Shown one piece after another: positions 26,272 to 37,833 of a stretch of DNA of 64,000 bases. Source of the DNA: Pocillopora damicornis (Eukaryota); assembly GCF_003704095.1 (NCBI RefSeq), contig NW_020844818.1, forward strand, positions 1 to 64,000, in the 5' to 3' direction. Both the position numbers and the translations under genes were made by a program. A model generated the notes under the pieces. The model was not told where the DNA came from. It made no database searches and saw nothing but the letters and a program-made list of their open reading frames with translations. Within the stretch, counting starts at the first letter, position 1, and every line of letters starts with the position of its first letter.

Positions 26272-28786
26272 TTATCTTGGTGTTTGGTTAAGGTTAAAGA
26301 TGACACTGATGTTTGCTAACTGAGGATTTTCACTTTGAAGGTTAGTTATCCATGATCTCAGCAGATCTTCACTGGCATTAGCATGACTCATGCAGACTGC
26401 AACAATTTGACCTAAAAGAAAAAAAACAATACAGTCAACCCATTTCATTACTATGACAAAATCCATACATTACTCAACAAACAGGTAAGGGTAATACTCA
26501 AACATATCAGATTAAAGTTGTTATCTTGATTTAACACCAAATTTTCCTAAATAATTTACAAGGAAATGTTGAACAACTGGAGAGAAGAATTTTAAAACAA
26601 TAGGATCTTGGGGGTCAGAGGATCAAGTATAACAAGTAGATTAGTAAGAAATTCCCAAGCTATGATTATTTTAGTCTATTACTCATCAGAGTATAAAGTC
26701 CCAATTTTGGTGACAACCTCTTCCAAGCAGGAAAGCAAACAATTCCCCAAAATACCAAATTTTGCTTCAAATCCAGCAGCAATCTTTTGTCGCATTCTTT
26801 TTTAAAACTTGTTTCCTCCAGTGAGTGACAAACCAACACTATCCTTCAATTGAAGCTGAGCTCTACAAGGAAAATACATATTGACAAAAAGAAAACAAAT
26901 TGCTGATTCATTACTCCTGACCCACCTTCCCCATTCTCCTCATCAAACTCAGCATCAGTTCTCAGTGTGAAGAAGTATCTTTGAAGGCGACGAACCCAAA
27001 TGAAGAAAGGTCCTTCTACATACATTGGTTTGTGTGAGTTGTAACCTTCTAAAATGTTCTTCTGCTGCTCAGTCTGAGCACCAACCAAGAACTCTTGGCC
27101 TTCACCATCAGCATTATCCTGGAAATAATCAGGGACAGTAACTAACACACAAATAATATTTTTGCTTGCTAATGCATAACTTCTCTTGGTTCTCATTGTC
27201 TATTGTTTTTCTCCTATATGTACAATAAAAGCACCATCCCAATAGAAATATAAGCTTATCTTTCTTTACATGCCTGTTTTTCCCCTGTCTCTTATAAATG
27301 GGGCAATGTGAGATAATTTATGGATTTTAGTCTGACTGTATGAAACAAAAGATTATGGTTATTTTGAAGAAGAGCTCCAAGAGAAACCTTGTTGGCTGAC
27401 TGTTGGTTGACAGATAACCAACAAGTCATAGTTTATTGTGGATTCTTGTGTGCTGAGGTTGCATCATCTATTGAAACAACAAATTGCTGATCCTGTGTCA
27501 GACCCTACTGCCACGATTTTATTATTTTATGACCTCAATTAATTTGAGGCAAGAACACTTTGAAGATAACATTGCTATCCATGAGAGGGATGATGACAGC
27601 AAAGTCTAAAGGAATTGAGGCAAGCTAGGTTATAAGTTACAATTCATGCCTGTGTCATCAATAGGAATATTTTGCCAGTTGGACACCTAGCACTCTCATA
27701 GAGGATACCATTAAATTCATTCCTATATGTTGCCTTTGACCAATCCTATAAGGAAACTGAACAATATTTTCCTGATGTTTTCTGCAGGAATTGTATATCA
27801 AATGAATTAATTAATGGTGGGGGTGGAGGAAAACAGGGCACTGTCTTGGAGTCAGGGGAATTTTTTCAAAGTTACTATGCAAATACCATATATTGACTGA
27901 TTTTGCCAAATGCTGTGGGTTTATATTGAATCTTAATTTTAAAACCTCTTGATGTGGTTACCTTGTAGATGGTGATAATCTGCTCATCTTTAGTCATTCT
28001 GACCAGAGCAAGCTTGCTCAACTCTGCATCACTTTCAGGTAGAGCTTTTGGGTAAGGATTAGGAAACATTTCCTCCATTTTACGATACCAATACACCAGC
28101 CGCTTACACTTTTGCAAAGGTTGACTTGCATGGCCAAAAATTTCATGTACAATATCGTAAGTGGTTTCATCAGGTGAGATCCAGTTGTCTTCCATAAGCG
28201 TCAAGATGTCTAATGCCAGCTCAGCTTGAGGATGCTTCTTTGCCCAGATAGCATCAAATAGAGTTCTGTTGTCAAATCTACCCCTGGGAAACACGTCTAG
28301 CATTCTGTTGTATACTTCAACGTCCTTCCCTAGATCAAATTCCTCCACGTAATTCATAGCTGTCTTGAGAAATTCCATATGCCCCCTCCTGGTCCGGTTT
28401 CTGGCGAGAAAATTATCGATCACTCCCACAAAGTTCTCTTTAGTTTTCCCTAAGGAGGCCGCTTTCTCAAATGAAACGACGTGTTTAGACATAGATAATG
28501 GAGAAACTTTGACCTTGCTAGGTGTTAAATTCACATGTACAAGTTTACTGCTCTCTGCATCTTCTGCTCTAATTTTGGCCAGCCTCTCATCGTAATCCTT
28601 TTCCTCATATAGCTCCTTGTCTGAATTGCTGCTTAAAACTCTAGAGCAGCTAATTTGTCTTCTTGGCAAGCACTTCATAGACTGCGGCGTTGATAGCTTG
28701 CGCATGGAATTCGAAGCAACGAAAACGTATTCTGGATGGTTGCTTAGTCTCCTCGCGATCGTTGCCAACATACAAAAGCGGTGCAT
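26272..28786 (-). CDS. ECSIT: ECSIT (evolutionarily conserved signalling intermediate in Toll pathway; complex I assembly factor), 3 exons, ~385 aa
   Basis: Exons 28786-27962, 27118-26926 and 26411-26272 total 1158 nt, in frame. Motifs RRGHMEFLKTAMNYVEEF, YNRMLDVFPRG, HPQAELALDILTLMEDN, NPYP, MYVEGPFFIWVR, LRSWITNLQSENPQL. Arg/Ser-rich mitochondrial-type leader. Confidence 0.93.
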
Positions 28787-29066
28787 CTTTCTTGGAAGGT
28801 GAATCTCTCTGTGGCAGTGATTATGCTATGACTTTAGGAAAATCAGACAGAACTATACCAAAAAGGCTTAAGTTCAACGAAGCCTTCCCTCGTCCGCCAT
28901 ATTGAATCTTTGTGATAAAAATATTTTGTCAGGGAGAGGGTAGGTAAAATGAATAGATGAGCTTAACCATCTAGCTATCCCTCCCTAAATTTTCTACAGG
29001 CCCTTCTCCGGTGCACAGTCCACCCCGAACATTGCTCTACTAGTACCACGTGGTTTCCCACCATCG

Positions 29067-29103
29067 CTCTCTTTTCTTCCTGCCCTCGTTGGCTTTTGCA
29101 AGA
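29067..29103 (+). promoter_or_regulatory. Probable non-coding first exon of RPSA with TCT initiator / 5'TOP tract
   Basis: CTCTCTTTTCTTCC pyrimidine run followed by donor AGA|GTAAGC at 29104; acceptor CACAG at 30067 lies 9 nt before the RPSA ATG. Typical ribosomal-protein gene layout. Confidence 0.7.
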
Positions 29104-29455
29104 GTAAGCAATGTTCCTTCGTTTTCTCCCCATATTTCTGTATACTAGAGCCCTCTTGTACTGTTATTTTCACATAGTCATATTCTAACGAGTTATGTCC
29201 TTGTTCATTTTAATATCATTTGCATGAAAGCTGTAAGGTGTGAAAGAAATGTCCTATCAAAATTCTTATTTGGAGACAAAGTATTACTGCTATGATCAAT
29301 CTTTTGCTTTCAAAGACTTCGTACTCACTTTATGGCATTTAAATAAATAGACAAGGTATCATCACACATACACAGTGGTTATGATTTAGATCGGGGGGTG
29401 ACTAGATAGAGCCGCAAGAATATTGTGTTGGAAAAATAAAACACTTTCCATTCGT

Positions 29456-29545
29456 TAGAACTAAATAGTAGTACGGTAAAAAGTTTGAGTGTGGTTTTTC
29501 TAGAACTAAATAGTAGTACGGTAAAAAGTTTGAGTGTGGTTTCTC
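29456..29545. repeat. 45-bp tandem duplication in RPSA intron 1
   Basis: TAGAACTAAATAGTAGTACGGTAAAAAGTTTGAGTGTGGTTT(T/C)TC occurs twice back to back. Confidence 0.95.
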
Positions 29546-30076
29546 TAAATTAAACCACTCAACCGTTAGTGATCTTGCTCTGTAAAGTTGAAAAAGCCAT
29601 CTTACAATTGTAACTTTGGCTTCAAGCCAGCAAGACAGTTGGCCTTGAGGAACAGTAGTGGTCTCTGTTCAAATGATTATAGGAGAGTGGTATTGATAAT
29701 AGTATGTGTACTAAACAATGCTATGGCAGGGAAATTAGGAGAGGATGAGAGATAATAGACTGACAGAAGCAAATAAAGCTGTTCTGACCCCTTATCTTTA
29801 TCTGACCATGACAAATGAGTTAACTTAGAAGTTACAACTTCATGCAATCTTAGCCTGCATATAGTATAATACTATGATTTTGGCCAATACTTTATCAAAA
29901 ACAGTGCACCTCTCAATTGAATTTGGATGTTGGTGAGAATTAAACATGATGGGCAGTTGACAAGTGGTAGCTATTTACAATTGGTGAAGTTTGTTGGTGA
30001 GTTTTTAAGACCAACAATTTTCCTTGTAGTCAATAGGTTGTTCCGTCGTCACTTTTTTTTGGCACAGCAAAGCATA

Positions 30077-33000
30077 ATGTCTGGGGGCATTGAAGCTCTA
30101 CAATTAAAGGAAGAAGATGTTGTGAAGTTACTTGCTGCTGGTGTTCATCTTGGTGCCAGCAATGTAGACTTTCAAATGGAAAGTTATGTTTACAAACGAA
30201 AACCTGATGGTAATTTGCAGGGAAGGTTTAAACTTTCCTATGGTTGTTGTCCTTCTCTACTTTTATGTTGAAGTGAAAAATGGTTTAGGAATAGCACAGT
30301 CAGGAGAGTATCAGCAATTCAAGCCAAGATGAAATAAATTTTTGGGGAAGCTTCCTTTACCTCTACCCACGTGGGTTGTTTTTCCTGTGTTCAATTTGGT
30401 TAAAAGCTTTTGTCAGAAAAATAAGTTTAGTTTAAGAAAGTGTTTTCATTATGTTATTCATTATTAAGTACTGGGTTACTGATTACACAGAGACATAATT
30501 GCAAGCAGCACTCAGTATTATAAACTGCAAGTATATTTTAAGCCACATTAAAGTTGCTCCATCTTTTCAAAATAATTATTTTCTCTATTTGTCTTTTCAC
30601 CAGGTGTTCACATCATCAACATTAAAAAGACATGGGAGAAGCTGCTTCTTGCTGCCCGTATCATTGTTGGCATTGAACATCCTTCTGATGTCTGTGTGAT
30701 CTCAGCCAGACCTTATGGACAGGTAGGTGTAATTACCAGTTATCACTGGGAATGTCCAACTCACTCCAATTGACCAGTGTTTAATACAAAGGGGTCTCTG
30801 GCATAAAGACTGACATGTTGAGCTGCCTAATATCAGATGACTTACTTGTAACCTTGCTCAATTTGAGTTTTCATTTCCCATGATATGTTTGGAAGGTTTA
30901 AAGAGCTCACAATAGGAGTGGATTAGCTGACAATGTTCAGTTGACTACTTGTAAAGAAGAATTCGATTCTGATCAAAGTTTAGGTTTTAAATATGGCTGT
31001 TTCACTTTTCCTGCATTGAACTTAAGCCCGGCAAGTGTACTTGTTTATTTGTGCAGCTGAAAATGGGTTGTGTCCAAGCAAAAATGGGTTTGATGAGTCA
31101 ATTTGACAGGCACCAGCTGGGAAATTTTTTTAAGCCTTGGGCTTAATGTAGTTGTGGTGAAGTGAACCTTAAGACCACAATCTGAGACCCACTTCTGATG
31201 AGACGTTGCAGTATTATGATTGCTACATAAAGCTGTGAAAACTTAACGAGTGATGTTATCTTATAGCGTGCCATCCTGAAGTTTGCCAATCACACTGGGG
31301 CCACAGCTATCGCTGGCCGCTTCACTCCTGGTACATTCACCAATCAAATTCAAGCAGCCTTCAGAGAACCACGTTTGCTTGTTGTATGTGATCCACGCAC
31401 TGATAGCCAGGTAATGTTTTGACTATATCTGAAAAATCTCCAAGGAATTACTTTGCTTTTCCTTCTCAACCACATATAAACTTTATTTTCGTGCCAACTC
31501 TGGCTGTAATCCTCACATTGCAGAATACTGTTTTTTCCTCAGGGAATGGTAACTATTTAATTGGATGAACTATTCAAAACTATAAAAGTTGGGGAAAACA
31601 TTTATTGTCCTGTAAAGCTTCATTTCAACTGTTTGAAGTGGAACTTAAAACCATAAAGACTACTCCTCAAACTGAACATGAACTTCTTTCATAGCCCGTG
31701 ACAGAGTCATCCTACGTAAACATTCCTGTTATTGCATTCTGCAACACTGACTCTCCATTGCACCATGTGGATGTGGCAATCCCTTGCAACAACAAAGGTG
31801 CGCATGCTGTGGGTCTTATGTGGTGGTTGTTGGCAAGGGAAGTGCTCCGTATGCGTGGTAGCATCAGCAGGCAAATCAATTGGGAAATCATGCCTGATCT
31901 TTACTTTTATAGGGATCCAGAAGAGGTAAAACATTTTTTTTCCATTAAGAGTGAAAATTAACCCCTAAACTCAAAAAATCTGATCACATTACCTCATAAA
32001 TTAGTTACAAGAATTTGGTGGTAGAGCAAGATAGCAACTTCTGCCTGATAAGTTTGAGTATTTTAGGAAGAAGTTATATGTTTATCACTTCTGGGAGTTG
32101 ACTGTTTTCTCTTATATTTCTTAAATTTTAATTATCAATTTTAATGATGGTATCTATTTGCCTTACCTAACAGAATACTTTTAATTTTTGTATTATTTTG
32201 AAATTAAAGTGGTTGTCTCAAAAATCTCACTGGGATTAGCAGATTAAATCTGATAGGAAACACTAAGTTAATTCTGGTAGTTGTGGTCAATTTATGTCAT
32301 GAGGCAAATGTCCCATTGAGGTCTCAAATCTGATCCTGAACTTGTGAAATTCTTTCCAAATTATGGTCTGTATATAGGGAATAATGATGATTATTAGGCC
32401 TTCTTGCTATTGTTGTGATACCTTAATACTGGGTGTACAAGTGAAGATACTGCTCAATGAAGACCAAAATGTAGCCCCTTGCTTTGAGGGGTTAGAGGAT
32501 CAAGGTTTGTTTTGCGAAATAACACATCTGGAGTACCACATAGACTTGTGAAATAATTTGTTTGTATTTATTCTAGGCTGAAAAGGAAGAACAAGCTGCC
32601 ATGCAACATGCAGAAGAGCAGCCTGCTGCTGCTCCTCAGTTTCCAAGTGAATGGGGTGGAACTGCTGATCAGCAAACTGGAGAGGTGAGTGCTTCCACTG
32701 TCCCCAACCAGAGAGGCCATTGTAATATGTAGGAAAGTTTACTTTAGACTTGATATTCTATATCATTCCTTATCATGGCAGTTATTGTGCAGAGGTTTTG
32801 TATCCTTCCAAATTTCTATTTGTCAGTGTAAAGTTTTTTGTGGAGATAAAGAAGGTTTGAATGCTTCTTTGTTTTGCTTCTTTCAAGATTTCTCTCTTTT
32901 TGGGAATATTGCCAGAACCTGGTATTTGGCTAGCTTAAAAGGGAATAGAAACTCTTCCTGATTCCCTTTTCTTGCCATTTTGGCCCTTTCTTGAGGGTGA

Positions 33001-33309
33001 AAATAAATGTAATTGCGAGAAATCTTAACTAAAAAAAAAATTTATTGATTTTTGTTTTTCCAGTGGGGAGCTGAACAAATGGGCACTTCTGCTTTACCTG
33101 CCTCCATTGGAGCTACTGAGGAATGGGGTACCAGCCGTGAATGGACTGACACTACCCCTGCTCCATCCAAGGACTGGGCCGAAGCCAAAGATTGGTCGGC
33201 TGAACCAGCACCAAAAGAATGGGGAGCAGATGATCTGCAGCCAAGCAGTGATTGGGGTACCTCTGTCACCATGCAGGATGCAAAGAGTGGTGGAGCAGAG
33301 TGGGCTTAA
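30077..33309 (+). CDS. RPSA: 40S ribosomal protein SA (uS2 / laminin receptor), 6 coding exons, ~326 aa
   Basis: Exons 30077-30209, 30604-30722, 31267-31410, 31695-31925, 32577-32684 and 33064-33309 total 981 nt. [70 protein letters not shown] at 33366. Confidence 0.98.
31085..31191 (+). ncRNA. Candidate intronic box C/D snoRNA in RPSA intron
   Basis: TGATGA (31091) ... CTGA (31182) flanked by TGGGTT/GACCCA complementary arms, ~80 nt upstream of the 3' splice site. Stem register is not perfectly canonical and no rRNA target was recognised. Confidence 0.35.
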
Positions 33310-33645
33310 ACTGAAGCTGGATGAACACCCACTTACTTATTGGAAACTCTGTCTGAAAGAAACTTAATAAAATCTCCTGAAATGTCCTAATTGCCTTCTA
33401 TTGATTTTAATCATATTTGATTAACTTTTATTTTACTGTTTGAAAAAAAATGCTGATCAAAACACAAGGGACAAGATAAAGTTTTTTCAAATATGTCCAT
33501 CAATCCTGGTTTGAAAGGCTGTTGATTTCATGAACACAAAGTGCACATTTTTATTCTAATAACTTAATGGAAAGTTTTGGTGACTACATTTCAAATTTCA
33601 GATATTATTTTTTAGTTTTTGTGCACAGAAAGAAAAAACTCTAGG

Positions 33646-34206
33646 CTTTGAAATCAACCATATATTTACATATATGTAACAGAGCTACCCTACAGAGACT
33701 GAGGCCAAGGAGAGTCCTTAATGCAACACAGTGGAGCAAGCTGTACCCTACCTTAGCCACATTAGTGTCATTAGCCAACTTTGATATCACCCTAATGTTT
33801 GTTCTTATTTGTGGTTTGAATCCTCCTGCAACCACAGGATCTTAGGACACACCTCCTCCAACAACAGATCTGATTAGCAAGGCAGACATGGTCCACCTGG
33901 AATGTATCAGAAATTATATTTATGCTCGTGCAGAGAGGGATTCTTTGTCTTTTTCAGTTTTCCTCTCACTGGCATGCAACACTCACTCTGGTAAGATCAG
34001 GAGGAAAGAGTTATGAAGTTGCAATCAATAACCTTGAAACTGAGTCTATAGATCCTGAGTTGGAGGCACATTACGAAAAGATTCTTGAAGAATGGAAGAA
34101 AGATGAAGACTACAGAAAAGGCATGCTGGATAAAATTATAAGGGAAGAAGGAAATGTTGGCAAGAAAGTTGATGACTTAGCAGCTGTCCCAAACAAGGGT
34201 TGGTGA
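33646..34206 (+). pseudogene. Degraded DZIP3/hRUL138-like HEPN domain exon (NLR/E3-type immune effector fragment)
   Basis: [67 protein letters not shown], then a frameshift into HWHATLTLVRSGGKSYEVAINNLETESIDPELEAHYEKILEEWKKDED. Matches the HEPN_DZIP3 pattern (QWxxLYP, FDITL, GWDxxP, RNxxxGH) with TAG at the W position and H>R. Confidence 0.8.
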
Positions 34207-35079
34207 TTTCTTGTTTGATCAAGGATTATTAAAATACAAACCTTTTTANNNNNNNNNNNNNNNNNNNNNNNNNNNNNNNNNNNNNNNNNNNNNNNNNNNN
34301 NNNNNNNNNNNNNNNNNNNNNNNNNNNNNNNNNNNNNNNNNNNNNNNNTTTGGACCAGAAATAGCATTCAAAACCATCCTCCAACGATCACTTCAACACC
34401 GATCTCTTCACCACGCTATTACGGAGAACTCGCAAGGCAAATGGCCAACCGTTTTGTTGCCTCTCATTATTTGTTCGGCGTGTTTGTCCATGTGGTTGTA
34501 AAATCTCGCTTAGCAAAAGGGTTTTTCTCCAATCGATGGCTTCCATACGGCTCAAGGTCTTGTTACATACTGGGATGTCCAACACAATCGTAACGCGGCT
34601 TTTCTTTTTTAGTTAAGTGCTCGGCCCAGACTTCACTCTGTAAACGAGAGAGGTTACCTTAGCAGATGATTTTAGACCTGCGTGATAGTTCCTGTTGGAG
34701 TTCATCGATCTAGTTTCGTTTGATGTGGTGGACTAAAATAATGAAAACAACCGTTGTTAGTCTCAAGTATTAGGGAAATCGACTGAAGATCAACATTTAA
34801 AAGGTATTGTTAGAGTCGATGAACTTATTAAAGTTCCTGCTAATACACAGCATTAGATTCGGCAAGTTTATGACGAATGACTGCGAACAAATAAACAACT
34901 TTTCGCTAGAGGTCCTTTTTTAATTTTTTTCTTTTTTCCTTAAAATGGTGCTTGAGTTTTAGGCGTGCGGCCTATCACGAGTGCGTCTTAAACACGAGCT
35001 TTTATGGTTGTTGGGGTCAAAGGTATGTGGTATTCTTTGTGCTGAAACATCCTTTTGCGTGTATTTTTTAGAGGAGGAA

Positions 35080-36442
35080 ATGGCGTCACTCGAAGAAGAT
35101 ATGGTTCTGGACGGAGAGGAAAATGTGGGTTCTGAAGAGTTATTGGATAAAGAGATAGCAGATGTTTCTGTTGAGGGACAATCATCAAGTGGTGAAGGAG
35201 CGCAGAGTGGGAGGAGTTTGAATATCACAGTGAAGTGCCAAACCTTGGAAGGTCTCGAAAAACTTTGGCAAGACTATAGTTCAGGTCATCTCAATAGTGT
35301 AGCGGAGGAACTTCTTGTGACAGATGATATCAAGAAAAAACTAGGTGTGGAATCTATAAAGTTGAAAACAGTGATTACAGAGGAGTCTTACCTGGCATGC
35401 AAACGGTACCTCTTAAACAAGTTAGGTGAGTTCTTAGAAAAACTCTTTGCATCATAATGAAACTCAGGGCTGGGTTGTTCAAAACTAAGTTAAGATAACC
35501 TGGGGTTAGTGTGAAATCTGACCTCAGGTATGAAAGCTTTAAAAGAATATTCAGTATAATTCTTTTTGTCTACATTGTGATGCTTGGATGCTCCAAAAAG
35601 AATAGAGATACTTATCTGATAAAAGGCTTTTGAAGAAAGAAATAAAGAAACCCAGGTTAAATCTTAATCCTGGGTTATCACTAATAGGCCTTCAAACAAC
35701 TGGGCCCAGGAGTTTACCAGCTTATTTTGCCTTATTATGAATTCTCTTTCTTAATGGTCAGCATGATTTTTATTCTTTAATCCCCACGTATATTACCCTT
35801 CTTGGCCTCACTTTGGATTGAGAATTCTATTGGTTTTAAACTTGTTGTCAAGACCAGAAGGCTAATTTACAAATAGTTAAAAGCATAGCAAATAAGCCCT
35901 TTATTAAAGGGGTATATAATGCGTTCAATGTGACTAGTGTGTGACATGTATGGGGATAATATTGGCAGCATAGCTACAAATTGAGTTGCACTGGAAATTT
36001 GTTTTTGGTTATGGGTAGGTGTAGTTAAGGAAGTAAAGGCATATAAAATATAAGTAAATGTGTCGTAGTTCATCAAGTTCAAAATTCTACTGCCTTCAAT
36101 TTGATGATCCGTGTTAAGAATGAATGTATGTCTCCTGAGTGCACTGAACATCTTGCTATTGGCATGTATTGTCAATTCTCCTTAAATTTAAACTTGAAGT
36201 TGATGAACAAAGATTAGTTGGTTATTACTCAAAACAATGTGTAAGCACCCTTCTAACTGATACACTGGCATTAATATTTTATAGATGCCAGCTCTGATCA
36301 GTCCTCATCATCCACACAAAGCTTAGAAAACATGCAAGAAGCCAGTTCAGGTCAGCAGCTGATGCAGTTGTTGGGAGAGCCCAGTCCACGAAGTTTGCCC
36401 AGCCAGGGCAGTGTAAATCAAGATGAAGAAAAAATGAACTAA
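35080..36442 (+). CDS. Small (~167 aa) two-exon protein with TRADD-N-like domain
   Basis: Exon 35080-35425 (SLNITVKCQTLEGLEKLWQDYSSGHLNSVAEELLVT...LKTVITEESYLACK), donor G|GTGAG, acceptor TATAG|36285, frame open to TAA 36440-36442. Probable 5'UTR exon ~34963-35022. Confidence 0.7.
35465..35709. mobile_element. ~245-bp MITE, second copy at ~60924-61170
   Basis: GGGCTGGGTTGTTCAAA ... TTCAAACAACTGGGCCC termini; internal GGGTTAGTGTGAAAT and AAAAGGCTTTTGAAGAAAGAAATA are shared by both copies. Confidence 0.8.
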
Positions 36443-37833
36443 GAAAAAATCTGGAATGGTCAAAGTGACTGTTACTTGCCAGCAAATGGAAAGGAACTTG
36501 TTGCACACTTCAACCAAGATGTGTAAAGTCACATCTTTTGTTTGTTCTTAATTTACTCTTGTTGTGTATAAATAACTATGTGGAAAAAATTGTGAATCTA
36601 AATTCAAGGCTACTTTAATAAATATAGGCATGGGTAGCATGCAAGAGTCATTGGTTTGGCTAGACAGGTTATGATTGGATACTTTATGTACCAAATGTTT
36701 TTGTAACAGAAAAAGAGCATAACTTTAAAACAGACGAAAATATTGCATTACTTCACCTTGAGAATAACAAAAAAGCTTATTCAACTGAACTCACACAGGT
36801 ATTTTGTGGTCTGTTGTATCTTTTGGCTAAATACTTAGCAAAATAAAATGCATGGGTGCCACGTTTACTGTTGTTCCTCTCGCAGCCATTGTTTGGTCTT
36901 ATCACACACCACTATATATTCCCTGTTGGAGAGAGAATGCATTGTGTGACGAGACTAAATAATGGTTGTGAAAGAGACTATGCCTGCTGTTGTTCCTCTA
37001 ACACAGAGAAAATAAAAATTATTCGTCTACAGTTGGTTGCCTTAAAAATATAATTCCACCTCATTTTACTATGAAAAGCAAACTGAAACCCTGTTGTCTC
37101 CAATAGACCCTAGCCAAAGATATACTGTCATCTCAAATAAGTGAAGATACATTGAAGAAGAGAAAAGAATAATGTTTCAAAGGGGGCTCCTTGGTTGGTT
37201 GTTGACTATCTGGACTTTGCCCTCTGTGTGTGAAACATGTGATAAAATACAGGTTGGTTACAAGGAAGCAACGTGATTGGATTGAGTTCAAGGAAGCTAA
37301 AAGCCAATTTTCATCATAGAAAAATTCAAAACACAGGAGAATAAATTATTGTGTGGAAAATTTACTATCAGCAGCATTTAGTGAATATTTTTCAGTGGGG
37401 TTGGACAAAGTGGTTAGAAAATGTGATTAAATGTTGGTTGTTTACAAGGAAATCACACATAATGGAGCAAAGTCTAATTAGGGTAACTGGAATTTGATTG
37501 GTGGAATACAATTCAAGCATGTGAAAATTGCCTAACATGCATGTGGTACAATGATTAGGTATGTTCTAATTGGACTTTGGACATTGTTTTCATGGTGCAT
37601 GATGGAATGCAAGTCATTTGGCACACAAGTTGTCAGTAAAGGAGTGGAAAAACATGTGTTAACTTAAAAATGATGTGAACCTTTCACATCCTGATCAATC
37701 TCGACCTTGATTGATGAGGCTCTTGCAAAGGCCACAAAACATTACACATCAAATGAGCCCAAAATTCATGATTTATGTCATTCTTTGTGCACAGCCCCCT
37801 GATTCCATGACATCATTTGCAAGAAAGCTGTGA

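Noticed and set aside
29664-29768. C/D snoRNA candidate in RPSA intron 1 (ATGATTA...CTGA, TCTG/CAGA)
   Set aside because: Non-consensus C box, stem out of register, only a short partial match to a recalled 28S segment.
30278-30295. U17/snR30 m1-m2-like motifs (ATGGTTTAGGAATA)
   Set aside because: They are in antisense orientation to the host gene and directly abut, with no intervening hairpin; likely coincidence.
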